Shown piece after piece: positions 9,445 through 20,163 of a stretch of DNA of 40,888 nucleotides. Positions within the stretch are counted from its first letter, which is position 1. The number at the start of each line of letters is the position of its first letter. The position numbers and the translations under genes are program-made. The notes under the pieces are model-generated. The model was not told where the DNA came from. It ran no database searches and was given only the letters and a program-made list of their open reading frames with translations. The DNA lies in NCBI GenBank assembly GCA_044345405.1, contig JBIJBE010000033.1, positions 1 through 40,888 of the forward strand, in the 5' to 3' direction. Source of the stretch: Bdellovibrionota bacterium (GTDB lineage: Bacteria > Bdellovibrionota_C > UBA2361 > OMII01).

Positions 9445-10488
9445 ATGGCTGCTAACCACAACGAGCGCGCTCCACGACACGAACCGTCACACCGTTCTTC
9501 TAAAGCGGAGCCGGTGTCGCTCTCCGCTTCATCATCGTCACTTCCATCTGTTGGCGACTGGCGTCATATCCCGTTCATCATGGTTGACTCGCCACAGACA
9601 AGGCTGATGGAGGACGCCGTGGCTGCTCGAGGTCAATACCATGAGAAGCAATGGTCCGCCGACCTCAAGCTTGTACATCCCCTCCCGCTCGAGGGAGCGG
9701 TATCGCTCAAGGAGGGGGAGAACCAGCTCTGTCTTGGGATTCATGACCACATCGGCAGAGAAGCGAAGAAAGGCGCGTCAGCAATCTCGTTGGTGGTCGC
9801 CCGTAACCTCACACGGGTCTCCGACCGGCAGGCCGACGCGATTCTGCAGGGGCGAGAGCGGAGCGTTACCGGGATCGGAGTGAGCGGCAATCAGGATCCC
9901 GTCCAGATAGACAAAGTGAAATCTCAACTTAAGGCCGTGCGAGCCACCGCGCTTCAGGTGTCATTTTGGAAGGACCGCCCGCTCACACCCGAGCATGTTA
10001 TGGCGATCCTCTCGACCCATGCGCAAACCGTTGCCATCCAGGCGAGTCGAAAGCTATCAGCTTGCCCATCGCTAATCGTTTTGCGCCATGAAAGCTCCCG
10101 CCCGGTGACCGACAAAGAATGGCGGGCAAAGGGCGTCCCATACGCTACAAAGCAAGGGATTTCGACGGTGGCGGTTGGCAAGTCCGTGCCCACAATGTTG
10201 CTCGGGGGCGAGGCGCCGACCCCGCTGGACTCCCTCCGACTCAAGGAACGAGGTAACTCCGGCGCTATCAACATCACCCAGATCTCCTGCGCCCTTCTCG
10301 GTATCTCACCGCTCCCTGACCACCTCGTCAACCAGGGGCTCCGTTCCGATAGCGAAACGGATACCTGGAAGCGAGGCGGGCCGCTACCTCAGGAGCTTGC
10401 CGCCGCTATTCAAGAGCGACGCAACGCGATTCGAGAGGTCCTATCGACCCTCATCGATGGGCTTTTGGAGCCACGGAGGAAGGGCTGA
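9445..10488 (+). CDS. Hypothetical protein with a degenerate RNB (RNase II/R) catalytic-domain signature
   Basis: DWRHIPFIMVDSPQTRLMEDAV resembles RNB motif I (DLR..pFvTID....DxDDA). Later segments resemble motifs II-IV only weakly. AGGT lies upstream of the ATG. Confidence 0.55.
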   Translation: MAANHNERAPRHEPSHRSSKAEPVSLSASSSSLPSVGDWRHIPFIMVDSPQTRLMEDAVAARGQYHEKQWSADLKLVHPLPLEGAVSLKEGENQLCLGIHDHIGREAKKGASAISLVVARNLTRVSDRQADAILQGRERSVTGIGVSGNQDPVQIDKVKSQLKAVRATALQVSFWKDRPLTPEHVMAILSTHAQTVAIQASRKLSACPSLIVLRHESSRPVTDKEWRAKGVPYATKQGISTVAVGKSVPTMLLGGEAPTPLDSLRLKERGNSGAINITQISCALLGISPLPDHLVNQGLRSDSETDTWKRGGPLPQELAAAIQERRNAIREVLSTLIDGLLEPRRKG

Positions 10489-10588
10489 TACGGAACGGAC
10501 CTGACGGCCATGCTATTCCGAAAGCTTCGCACTTTCGCATCCTTAGTCGCGTCTATCCCGGGTTTTCCAAACGTGGTAGTGAGGGGAG

Positions 10589-10888
10589 GTGAAATACCTC
10601 CTCGTGGGCCTCGTGCTCGTAGTGCTGTATATCGTTATGAGCCGGCGCCGGGGTGCCGATAGGCCACCAGAGCCACTCTGGATCGGCATGGTCGGGGTGA
10701 CCGGTTCGGCTGACCTTACCTTCACATCGGAGGGAACCGTCACCGTGAACGGTGAGATCTGGAAGGCGACCTCTCGACGGGGGATCGTCCACAAAGGCGA
10801 TAAGGTCCGCGTGGTCGCGATTAAACCCGGGCTCGTTCTTGAGGTTGAAGCGGAAGTTTCCGCTGGTACAGAGGGGAATAAACTATGA
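10589..10888 (+). CDS. Short NfeD-family protein (TM helix + OB-fold)
   Basis: IGMVG...[12 protein letters not shown]...GDKVRVV..LVLEV NfeD C-domain pattern. Overlaps the downstream SPFH gene by 4 nt. Confidence 0.88.
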   Translation: MKYLLVGLVLVVLYIVMSRRRGADRPPEPLWIGMVGVTGSADLTFTSEGTVTVNGEIWKATSRRGIVHKGDKVRVVAIKPGLVLEVEAEVSAGTEGNKL

Positions 10889-11628
10889 GTCTACCAATTC
10901 TGATCGTTGTCGCCTTCGGCGCGCTTTTGTTTTTTAGCGCCTACAAGATCAAGGCATATGAGCAGGGAGTAGTGCTTCGCCTCGGAGTGTTTCAGGGGCT
11001 CAAGGGTCCAGGCCTTCGCTTTATCATCCCCTTCATGGATGAGCTTCTGCGAGTTGATCAACGGGTCATCACGATGGACATTCCTCCACAGGACATCATC
11101 ACTCGAGATAACGTCTCGATTAAGGTGAACGCGGTGCTGTATTTTAGAGTGGTCGAGCCGGCGCGTTCCGTCCTTGCGGTTGAAAACAGCATCTATGCCA
11201 CCAGCCAGATCGCGCAAACCACGCTAAGAAGCGTGTGCGGACAGGCGGAGCTCGACGAGATGCTCTCCGAGCGAGAGTCTATTAATCACAAGATTCAAGA
11301 GATCATCGACAACCATACCGACCCATGGGGAATCAAGGTGTCGCTCGTTGAGGTCAAGGATATCGACCTCCCTCAGGAGATGCGTCGAGCGATGGCGCGG
11401 CAAGCTGAGGCGGAGCGCGAGCGGCGAGCGAAGATCATTCAGGCAGAGGGTGAATACCAAGCTTCTGAGAAGCTCACCGCGGCGGCCAATATTATGTCGA
11501 AGGAGCCAATATCAGTGCAGCTTCGATACCTCGAGACCCTGAAGCAGATCTCGGCGGAGAACAGCTCGACGGTACTCTTCCCTATGCCGATTAATCTCCT
11601 TGAGGGATTGACGAAGTTGAAAGGCTAG
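10885..11628 (+). CDS. SPFH/stomatin (slipin) family protein
   Basis: [43 protein letters not shown] and [15 protein letters not shown] motifs. Confidence 0.95.
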   Translation: MSLPILIVVAFGALLFFSAYKIKAYEQGVVLRLGVFQGLKGPGLRFIIPFMDELLRVDQRVITMDIPPQDIITRDNVSIKVNAVLYFRVVEPARSVLAVENSIYATSQIAQTTLRSVCGQAELDEMLSERESINHKIQEIIDNHTDPWGIKVSLVEVKDIDLPQEMRRAMARQAEAERERRAKIIQAEGEYQASEKLTAAANIMSKEPISVQLRYLETLKQISAENSSTVLFPMPINLLEGLTKLKG

Positions 11629-11634
11629 GTCCCC

Positions 11635-13808
<2,174 letters not shown>

Positions 13809-13859
13809 GGACTGGCCGGATCTCGCGCTCAGTGACGATGCATCGATACCTCCAGTTGT

Positions 13860-13931
13860 GATACGGCCCGCCAGGAGTCGGGCCCTACCGTTTGGCATCT
13901 TGGTAGGGCCCGCGTCCTCGCGGGCCGTATC
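13860..13931. terminator. Long interrupted hairpin between convergent tgt and ZIP genes
   Basis: GATACGGCCCG (13860-13870) pairs with CGGGCCGTATC (13921-13931); CGGGCCCTACC (13879-13889) pairs with GGTAGGGCCCG (13902-13912). Confidence 0.6.
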
Positions 13932-13960
13932 GTGCGCCTATTAATGAGGCTGTCGCGATA

Positions 13961-14782
13961 TCAGCCCAAACCAACGTCCAACAGCATCATCAGGATAAAG
14001 CCCCCGACGAAGCCGAGCGTCGCGATATCGGTCGAACGCCCCTGCTGAGTCTCGGGAACCACCTCCTCGATGACTACGTAGATCATCGCTCCAGCCGCGA
14101 ACGCGAGCGCGTACGGGAGGACCGGTTGAATCTGCATAACGAGGAGAGCTCCGATCACACCCGCTATCGGCTCAACGATCGCCGAGAGTTGGCCGTACCA
14201 AAAACTGCGAAATCGAGATAGTCCCGTGCGCCGAAGGGGGAAGGATATCGCCATCCCTTCTGGAAAGTTTTGAAGACCGATGCCGACGGCGAGCATGACC
14301 GCTCCTCCGATGGTCGCTTCGGGAATGCCGGCCGCTACACCACCAAAGAGAACGCCCACCGCCAGTCCCTCGGGAATATTGTGTAGCGTAATTGCCAACA
14401 CCAGTAGGGTTTGTCGATGCCACGTCGTATGAAGTCCCTCCGCCTTGGTCTTTGGAAAGTTGATGTGCAAGTGGGGAAGGAGTTGATCAAGGCCGTAAAG
14501 AAAGAGTGCCCCTAGGCCAAAGCCGACCGCCGCTGGCATGGCTTTGGCGAAACCCTCCCCCTGCGACATCTCGATCGCCGGCGAAAGAAGGGACCAGAAG
14601 CTGGCGGCTATCATGACGCCACCGGTAAAACCCAACATTCCGTCCAGGACCTTCCGATTGAGGTCCTTGATTAAGAATACGAGTCCGGCTCCCGCAGCGG
14701 TCACGAGCCAGGTAAAGGTCGTAGCGAGGAGGGCTCCCCATACGGGGCTGATTGACTCAAAGTATGATATAATAGATTGCAT
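13961..14782 (-). CDS. ZIP family (GufA/ZupT-like) divalent metal transporter
   Basis: AITLHNIPEGLAVG, GIGLQNFPEG and AFAAGAMIYVV motifs; about 8 TM helices. Confidence 0.95.
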   Translation of the reverse strand: MQSIISYFESISPVWGALLATTFTWLVTAAGAGLVFLIKDLNRKVLDGMLGFTGGVMIAASFWSLLSPAIEMSQGEGFAKAMPAAVGFGLGALFLYGLDQLLPHLHINFPKTKAEGLHTTWHRQTLLVLAITLHNIPEGLAVGVLFGGVAAGIPEATIGGAVMLAVGIGLQNFPEGMAISFPLRRTGLSRFRSFWYGQLSAIVEPIAGVIGALLVMQIQPVLPYALAFAAGAMIYVVIEEVVPETQQGRSTDIATLGFVGGFILMMLLDVGLG

Positions 14783-14790
14783 AGATGTAC

Positions 14791-14819
14791 GTTGTACCCT
14801 TTGCCGCGCTCCCGAGCAA
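14791..14819 (-). promoter_or_regulatory. Putative sigma70 promoter of the ZIP gene
   Basis: The minus strand reads TTGCTC-N17-TACAAC, ending 8 nt before the ATG. No SD sequence in between. Confidence 0.45.
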
Positions 14820-15017
14820 AGACCTTGAAACCCGGGGTCTGATTCCGGTTTCCACGAACAGCTCCACCGGTTACGGACCGAAAGGGCAAGGGGCAGGGAG
14901 TGTCACATTTTATGCTACAAAACCATTTGGTTACTGGAACGTCGTATTGTATTTATAAGTTGATTTCCCCTCCGACCGCTGATAAACAATCGGCCTCCGT
15001 TTTTAGTGCGCAAGGTT

Positions 15018-15614
15018 ATGGAATCCGAGTCGTTTGTATCCCGTGTCATGGCCCTCATTCAAAAGAGCCGTCGAGCTCTCCGTCTGTACAGCACAGCGGG
15101 TGGTAGCTCGTATAATCGGGTTGAGGGAACGCTTGGAGAGCTTCCTTCCGTTCAGGTCGCTGAGTGGCGTGAGGTAAACGGACTCCTTCTTCGAAAACTT
15201 ACCGAGGCTGCTGAAGCGGCAAACACCAAAAAGATAATCTACGATGTATTCGCGCTCCGAAGCGAGTTTCAAACCCTTTGGAGAACTACTGAGGCTGAGC
15301 TCGTGCAATCTCAGCGCGATCTCATCGCGTGCGCTGAGAGTGGGGACTTCATCCGAGCCGCTACCCTCGCTACAAATCTGGTAAGCCTTAAGGCTCGTCT
15401 CCAAGCGGGGCAAGCTGCTCACCACGAGCTCGACCTTCTCATCAAACGCAGCAAGGTTGTGCGGCCCGCGGCTGAGCTTTCTGAGGAGAGCGCTACCGTT
15501 CTCTCAACCCTTGAGCTACTCGACGACCAAGTTATCAAGGAGCCGACCGATAAGCCCGAGCCACTTCGCGCCGCGGTGGGCGGAGGGAAGGTTATCCCCC
15601 TTAAGCGTCGTTAG
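15018..15614 (+). CDS. Hypothetical alpha-helical/coiled-coil protein
   Basis: Long ORF rich in A/E/L/R. AAGG precedes ATG 15018. The C-terminus is KVIPLKRR. Confidence 0.75.
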   Translation: MESESFVSRVMALIQKSRRALRLYSTAGGSSYNRVEGTLGELPSVQVAEWREVNGLLLRKLTEAAEAANTKKIIYDVFALRSEFQTLWRTTEAELVQSQRDLIACAESGDFIRAATLATNLVSLKARLQAGQAAHHELDLLIKRSKVVRPAAELSEESATVLSTLELLDDQVIKEPTDKPEPLRAAVGGGKVIPLKRR

Positions 15615-15709
15615 TATCGGCTTGGCCTACGATACAGGTCTGTCGAGGATGTACGCTTTATCTAGATAAGAGCAAACGGCCACCGGGCAAGTCCCAGCAG
15701 CCGTTACGG

Positions 15710-16249
15710 CTACCCGATCCGAGTAAGCACCCGCACAGGAGCGCCCGTAAACGCTGAGACCACAGGTACCGGGCCCGGTCCGAACGTTCTATCGATCAAG
15801 GTTGCCCAACAGAGCACCGGAATCCCCTTAAGGGTTGCTCTGGTATGGGCCTCAAGGCTTGAGCGAGCGGTCGTAATAACGTCAGTGACAAGGATTGCTT
15901 GATGCCCCCTGTACTTCTCGCCGTGGCCGTTAGACATTTTGCTCTCAAGATACTGTTCGAGCGGTATCTCAACCCCCTTGTTGAAGAGCTCTGAGTACAC
16001 CGCGCAGAGCCGCTCAGCGAAGAATGAATAGCCACCGGGAAGCTTGAGGAAGAGCTCAGGCTTGTTCGGAGCCACCACGTTGCGAATCCGCTCAGCAACG
16101 TACTCTGCACACGAGTCGAGGTCGGCATCACTCAGATCCTCTACGCGATAGAAGATTCGAGATTCGCAACGGCCTCCAATCGGAACCGGCTCCTCGTACT
16201 CTTCAGTTATTTGCGCGAATATCTCCTCAAGGGTCTCGATGTCAGCCAT
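15710..16249 (-). CDS. Type I phosphoribosyltransferase-like protein (PyrE-like, divergent)
   Basis: AILVTDVITTARSSLEA resembles the PRPP loop (VVDDVITTGGS) and is followed by TLIDR. AGGTAGTAGGT lies upstream of ATG 16249. Confidence 0.65.
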   Translation of the reverse strand: MADIETLEEIFAQITEEYEEPVPIGGRCESRIFYRVEDLSDADLDSCAEYVAERIRNVVAPNKPELFLKLPGGYSFFAERLCAVYSELFNKGVEIPLEQYLESKMSNGHGEKYRGHQAILVTDVITTARSSLEAHTRATLKGIPVLCWATLIDRTFGPGPVPVVSAFTGAPVRVLTRIG

Positions 16250-16522
16250 ACCTACTACCTTACTCAACGGCGACTGCCGGCTCCACACAGGGAGGCCGGG
16301 AGTGGACTCTCAAGGTGACGTTACGCGCCGCGGTTTTATCGGGAAGCGCCCCGACGAGCGAAAAAGCTCCGCACTCGGAGCATAACCTCCTAATGATACA
16401 ACAATTTTTAAGTGGAGAAAGGGGTTTTTTATCGATCGGTCCCGGTATAGCCCCGCAACGCATATCAGGGTATCCTACTGACCGTTAAGTCCGTCTATTT
16501 ATAACGCAATTAGGTAGTACCC

Positions 16523-17698
16523 ATGGGACAGCCCTCTGAGCTGACGCAGATCGGAACAAACTCAAACGCCATGAAGATAACCCGCCGCAAGACCCGCTCG
16601 GTGCGGGTGGGCGATCTTACTATCGGCTCCGAAAGCCACATCTCTACCCAGTCGATGTGCGCCACTAAGACCCAGGATATCGACGCGACCGTCCGCCAAA
16701 TTAAGCTGCTTCAAGAGCACGGCGCTGACATCATTCGAATCGCCATCGATAGTCGTCGAGACGTGGAGGCGCTGGCGGAGATCCGCAAGCAGGTTAGTGC
16801 TCGCATCGTTGTGGATCTACAAGAGAGCTATAAGCTCGCCAAGAGCGTCGCTCCGTACGTCCAAAAGATTCGTTACAACCCAGGACACCTCTACCACCAC
16901 GAGAAGAACGTCCCCGTGCACGAGAAGGTCGCGTATATCGTGAACGTCGCTCGCGAGCACGATCTCGCGCTTCGTATCGGCGTCAATTTCGGCTCGCTCG
17001 ATCCTTCACTCGCGGGCAAGGAGGAGGATCCCCTTGAGGTCGCGCTCAACTCCGCCAAGGAGCACGTTGGATACCTTGAGGACCTCGGATTCACTAATTA
17101 CGTCATCTCGCTCAAGAGCTCCGATCCCAACGACGTAATGGACATCAATCTTCGCGCCGCGGAGATGTTTCCTGAGATACCGCTCCACCTCGGTGTAACC
17201 GAGGCTGGAATGTTGCCGATGGGAGAGGTGAAGACCCGCATCGCGTTTGAAAACCTTCTGGTCAAGGGCATCGGCGACACGGTGCGTGTATCGCTCACCC
17301 TTCCCCACGCGGAGAAATACCAAGAGATTCAGGTCGCCAAGGCGATTATAGCTGACGTCTATGCCGGTCGGTTCCGCTCAGTGCCACGATTCGAGCAGCA
17401 GGGATTAAATATCATCTCATGTCCGTCGTGCTCGCGAGTTGAGAACGAGGCGTTCGTTGAGCTCGCCCAAAAGGTGCGTGAGATGACGCAGGAGTTCGCC
17501 GATCGACAACTCACCATCGCGGTGATGGGTTGCCGGGTTAACGGACCTGGAGAGACCGATGACGCGGATCTTGGGTTATGGTGCGCGCCGACCCACGTCA
17601 ATCTGAAGAGACGGGGAGAGCTTGTAGGGCAATTTTCGTACGAAGAGATCGTCTCTCGGCTCAAGCAAGAGATTGATACCCTTTCGCCAGCAACGTAA
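16523..17698 (+). CDS. ispG: (E)-4-hydroxy-3-methylbut-2-enyl-diphosphate synthase
   Basis: [45 protein letters not shown] and [11 protein letters not shown] motifs. Alternative start at 16571. Confidence 0.96.
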   Translation: MGQPSELTQIGTNSNAMKITRRKTRSVRVGDLTIGSESHISTQSMCATKTQDIDATVRQIKLLQEHGADIIRIAIDSRRDVEALAEIRKQVSARIVVDLQESYKLAKSVAPYVQKIRYNPGHLYHHEKNVPVHEKVAYIVNVAREHDLALRIGVNFGSLDPSLAGKEEDPLEVALNSAKEHVGYLEDLGFTNYVISLKSSDPNDVMDINLRAAEMFPEIPLHLGVTEAGMLPMGEVKTRIAFENLLVKGIGDTVRVSLTLPHAEKYQEIQVAKAIIADVYAGRFRSVPRFEQQGLNIISCPSCSRVENEAFVELAQKVREMTQEFADRQLTIAVMGCRVNGPGETDDADLGLWCAPTHVNLKRRGELVGQFSYEEIVSRLKQEIDTLSPAT

Positions 17699-17754
17699 CG
17701 AGGTCGCGTCACCGAAGATATGTCACACGCGCTGAAGGTTGTAAGGGGATTTGA

Positions 17755-20064
17755 ATGAGGCTTGTGTCGCCTGCCTCCCTTGAAGGGGCGGAAAAATTAG
17801 TCTTTGAAAACCTCAAACCGTGGCTACCTACGAACGGGGTGTGCGTCAACGTGATGCTCGGCCAAGATCCGTGGGACATTCGCCCGTTGATGCTCATCAA
17901 CGGAAAAGTTTCGCTCTACCGTTTCTCGCGCCCCCTCAATCAGAACGCGCTCACCGCGCTTGTCTCCGAGATGCAGGGGTTCGCGGTTATTCCGGGGTGG
18001 GACATGAAGGTCGAGGCGCGTCATGAGGCTGAGCGACTCCTTCTGGTTCGTCCTGTGTACCCTCAAACCCTTGAGGAGGAGCTGGAGAAGGGGGGAGCAC
18101 TCAGCGGTCAACGGCGCCAGGACCTCGTCTCCAGCTTGATCGATGTGGTTAAGATGCTCCGCAAGCGCTCGCTCGTTCACGGTCACATCTCGCCATCCAA
18201 CATCGTTGAACTCGATGGCGCGGTCGTTCTCTTGGATCCACGCCTCGGCGCACTCCACTACTCAAAGGATGAACACCTAGCGCCGGAAACAAACGCGGGG
18301 GAAGAGCCTCGTCCCGAGGCGGATCTCTATGGCCTCGGAAGCGTTCTCTTAAAGGTACTCGGCGAGCACGCGACCCACCAGCAACGCGAAATTATTGATC
18401 GCCTCCTTCTACCGTCGCCTCGGCAACGCCCAACGATTGAGGAGGTAGAGCGAGAGTTCATTAGGGCTCTTCCCCCTCAAACTCGCGCGTCAGTTCGTGC
18501 CGGAAAGTTTGTCAAGAAACCGGGAATCGCCGCGTCGCCTACCGGACAGTCCTCAAAGGTTCGCGAGGCTGGTACAGCCACCTCTTCAGAGTTCACGAGT
18601 CGTCCTTGGTGGATGTTGGCAGCCGGGGCCCTCGCTGTGCTTGGAGTGGGGGTCAGTTTGACCAGATACGCGCTCCCTTCGCTCTACTACGACATGGCGC
18701 GCAACGTAAGCTTCCTAGCCCCTCCCTCCAATCCCGAATTGCAACTCGCATGGGCCAGCAACGATAAAGGAAGGATGCGAGTCGTCGCGCAGGCCGCTAT
18801 TGAGGAGCATGATCCCGCCGCGGAGAACGCGATCATCGATGACACCATGTCCGGACAGAATCGATCTGGTGTAGGTTCTAACCTTTTGCGAGTCGCGTTG
18901 AGCGACCTATGGGTGGACGACCTTTCTTCCACAGATCGGCGAGCCGCGCTCGCGCTCAGCGTTATGCCGATCTATCCTGAGGGGCTCAAGTCACTGCCTG
19001 CCCTTAACACCCTTCATCCCGGCGTTATCCTCGCAGTTGCTGGGCAATCTCAAGCGAAAAATCCGAGTAAGCAGCTCTCTGAGATATCGATCGATCAGCT
19101 CGCTTCTCTTCCTGCTCCAGTTGGAACCTTATTCGCGCAGCTCCGAGATGGCGGGAGCAAGAGCCTTGGTGACCCTGAGGTGATAGCGCTTGCGGGGATC
19201 GTATCGGGCAACCCTCCGGCCGACACCCTGGAAGCGTATATCGGAACCGAGAGTCCTCTCCCGGTCGCGCTCGCGCGTATCGCAATTGCTCTGCCGCTCC
19301 TCTCCGCGAACGACGCGTCGGCCGCGCAGCTCCTCGCAACGCTGCGAGATCGGGGTGGTGAAATGGGACAGACCCTGAGTTGGTTTGATATCGATGGTCT
19401 CGGAATCTGGGGGAAGGTAAAGAGCGCCGACAAGTTGCGGATCATTCTTGGTGAGCTACCTGAGCAGCAACTCGGTGTTCAGCACTATGCCGATCTCCTG
19501 ACGTTCCCGCTCGCCGATGTTCGCGGCAAGAGCGCCCAGGTCCTTAAAGGGAGATTCCTGAAGGGCGAAAGCGATCAACTCCTCCTCGTTCTTGGTGGAG
19601 AGCAGAACCGGCTTTCTCGAGAGCAAACGATAGCTCTTCTCTCGGCGCTGAATCTCGACGTGACGAAGCGGGCGCCGTACGTGGAGATCCTCTTCCAACT
19701 AAAGCCATCGCCCGAGATGGTGTTGCTTGTTCTGCTCGCGCGGAGCGACAAGGACAGTACCGACCTCTTTAACCTTGAAGCGGCGCGCTACCTGCGCAAG
19801 AACAGCGAGTGGAAGGCGACGACCGAGATGTTGCAGATATTGGCCCATCACCCTGAGCCTCTCGCTCGATCACTCGCGTACGCGCGACTTTCAACCCGAG
19901 AGCCAGCTCAGAAAAAGATCCTTCAGCAACGCCTCTCTGAGGAGGGGGACAAGGCGCTCGCGCACCGAATCATGGAGAAACTTGAGTTCTCAAGCAGCGC
20001 GCCACCGGCTGGCCTCGGAACACCAGTGCCGTACGCGCAACCATCGCCAGTGACGACCCCGTAA
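17755..20064 (+). CDS. Membrane-anchored Ser/Thr kinase-like protein (probable pseudokinase) with a large helical C-terminal domain
   Basis: LVHGHISPSNIV, LLDPRL, HLAPE, ADLYGLG and RQRPT mirror kinase subdomains VIb-XI. One TM segment (WWMLAAGALAVLGVGVSL) precedes a Leu/Ala-rich domain. Confidence 0.75.
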   Translation: MRLVSPASLEGAEKLVFENLKPWLPTNGVCVNVMLGQDPWDIRPLMLINGKVSLYRFSRPLNQNALTALVSEMQGFAVIPGWDMKVEARHEAERLLLVRPVYPQTLEEELEKGGALSGQRRQDLVSSLIDVVKMLRKRSLVHGHISPSNIVELDGAVVLLDPRLGALHYSKDEHLAPETNAGEEPRPEADLYGLGSVLLKVLGEHATHQQREIIDRLLLPSPRQRPTIEEVEREFIRALPPQTRASVRAGKFVKKPGIAASPTGQSSKVREAGTATSSEFTSRPWWMLAAGALAVLGVGVSLTRYALPSLYYDMARNVSFLAPPSNPELQLAWASNDKGRMRVVAQAAIEEHDPAAENAIIDDTMSGQNRSGVGSNLLRVALSDLWVDDLSSTDRRAALALSVMPIYPEGLKSLPALNTLHPGVILAVAGQSQAKNPSKQLSEISIDQLASLPAPVGTLFAQLRDGGSKSLGDPEVIALAGIVSGNPPADTLEAYIGTESPLPVALARIAIALPLLSANDASAAQLLATLRDRGGEMGQTLSWFDIDGLGIWGKVKSADKLRIILGELPEQQLGVQHYADLLTFPLADVRGKSAQVLKGRFLKGESDQLLLVLGGEQNRLSREQTIALLSALNLDVTKRAPYVEILFQLKPSPEMVLLVLLARSDKDSTDLFNLEAARYLRKNSEWKATTEMLQILAHHPEPLARSLAYARLSTREPAQKKILQQRLSEEGDKALAHRIMEKLEFSSSAPPAGLGTPVPYAQPSPVTTP

Positions 20065-20163
20065 GCCAGGAGAAAGGAATTGGGATCCTGATGTCCGCGT
20101 GGTAGAAGGAGTTGCCTGCGGGGCGCAGGCTTTTCGTTCACGCATGACCGGCCAGGGGGAGTT

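Noticed and set aside
14955-14990. Possible sigma28-like promoter (TAAG...GCTGATAA) upstream of the coiled-coil gene
   Set aside because: The spacing is longer than consensus and there is no supporting context.
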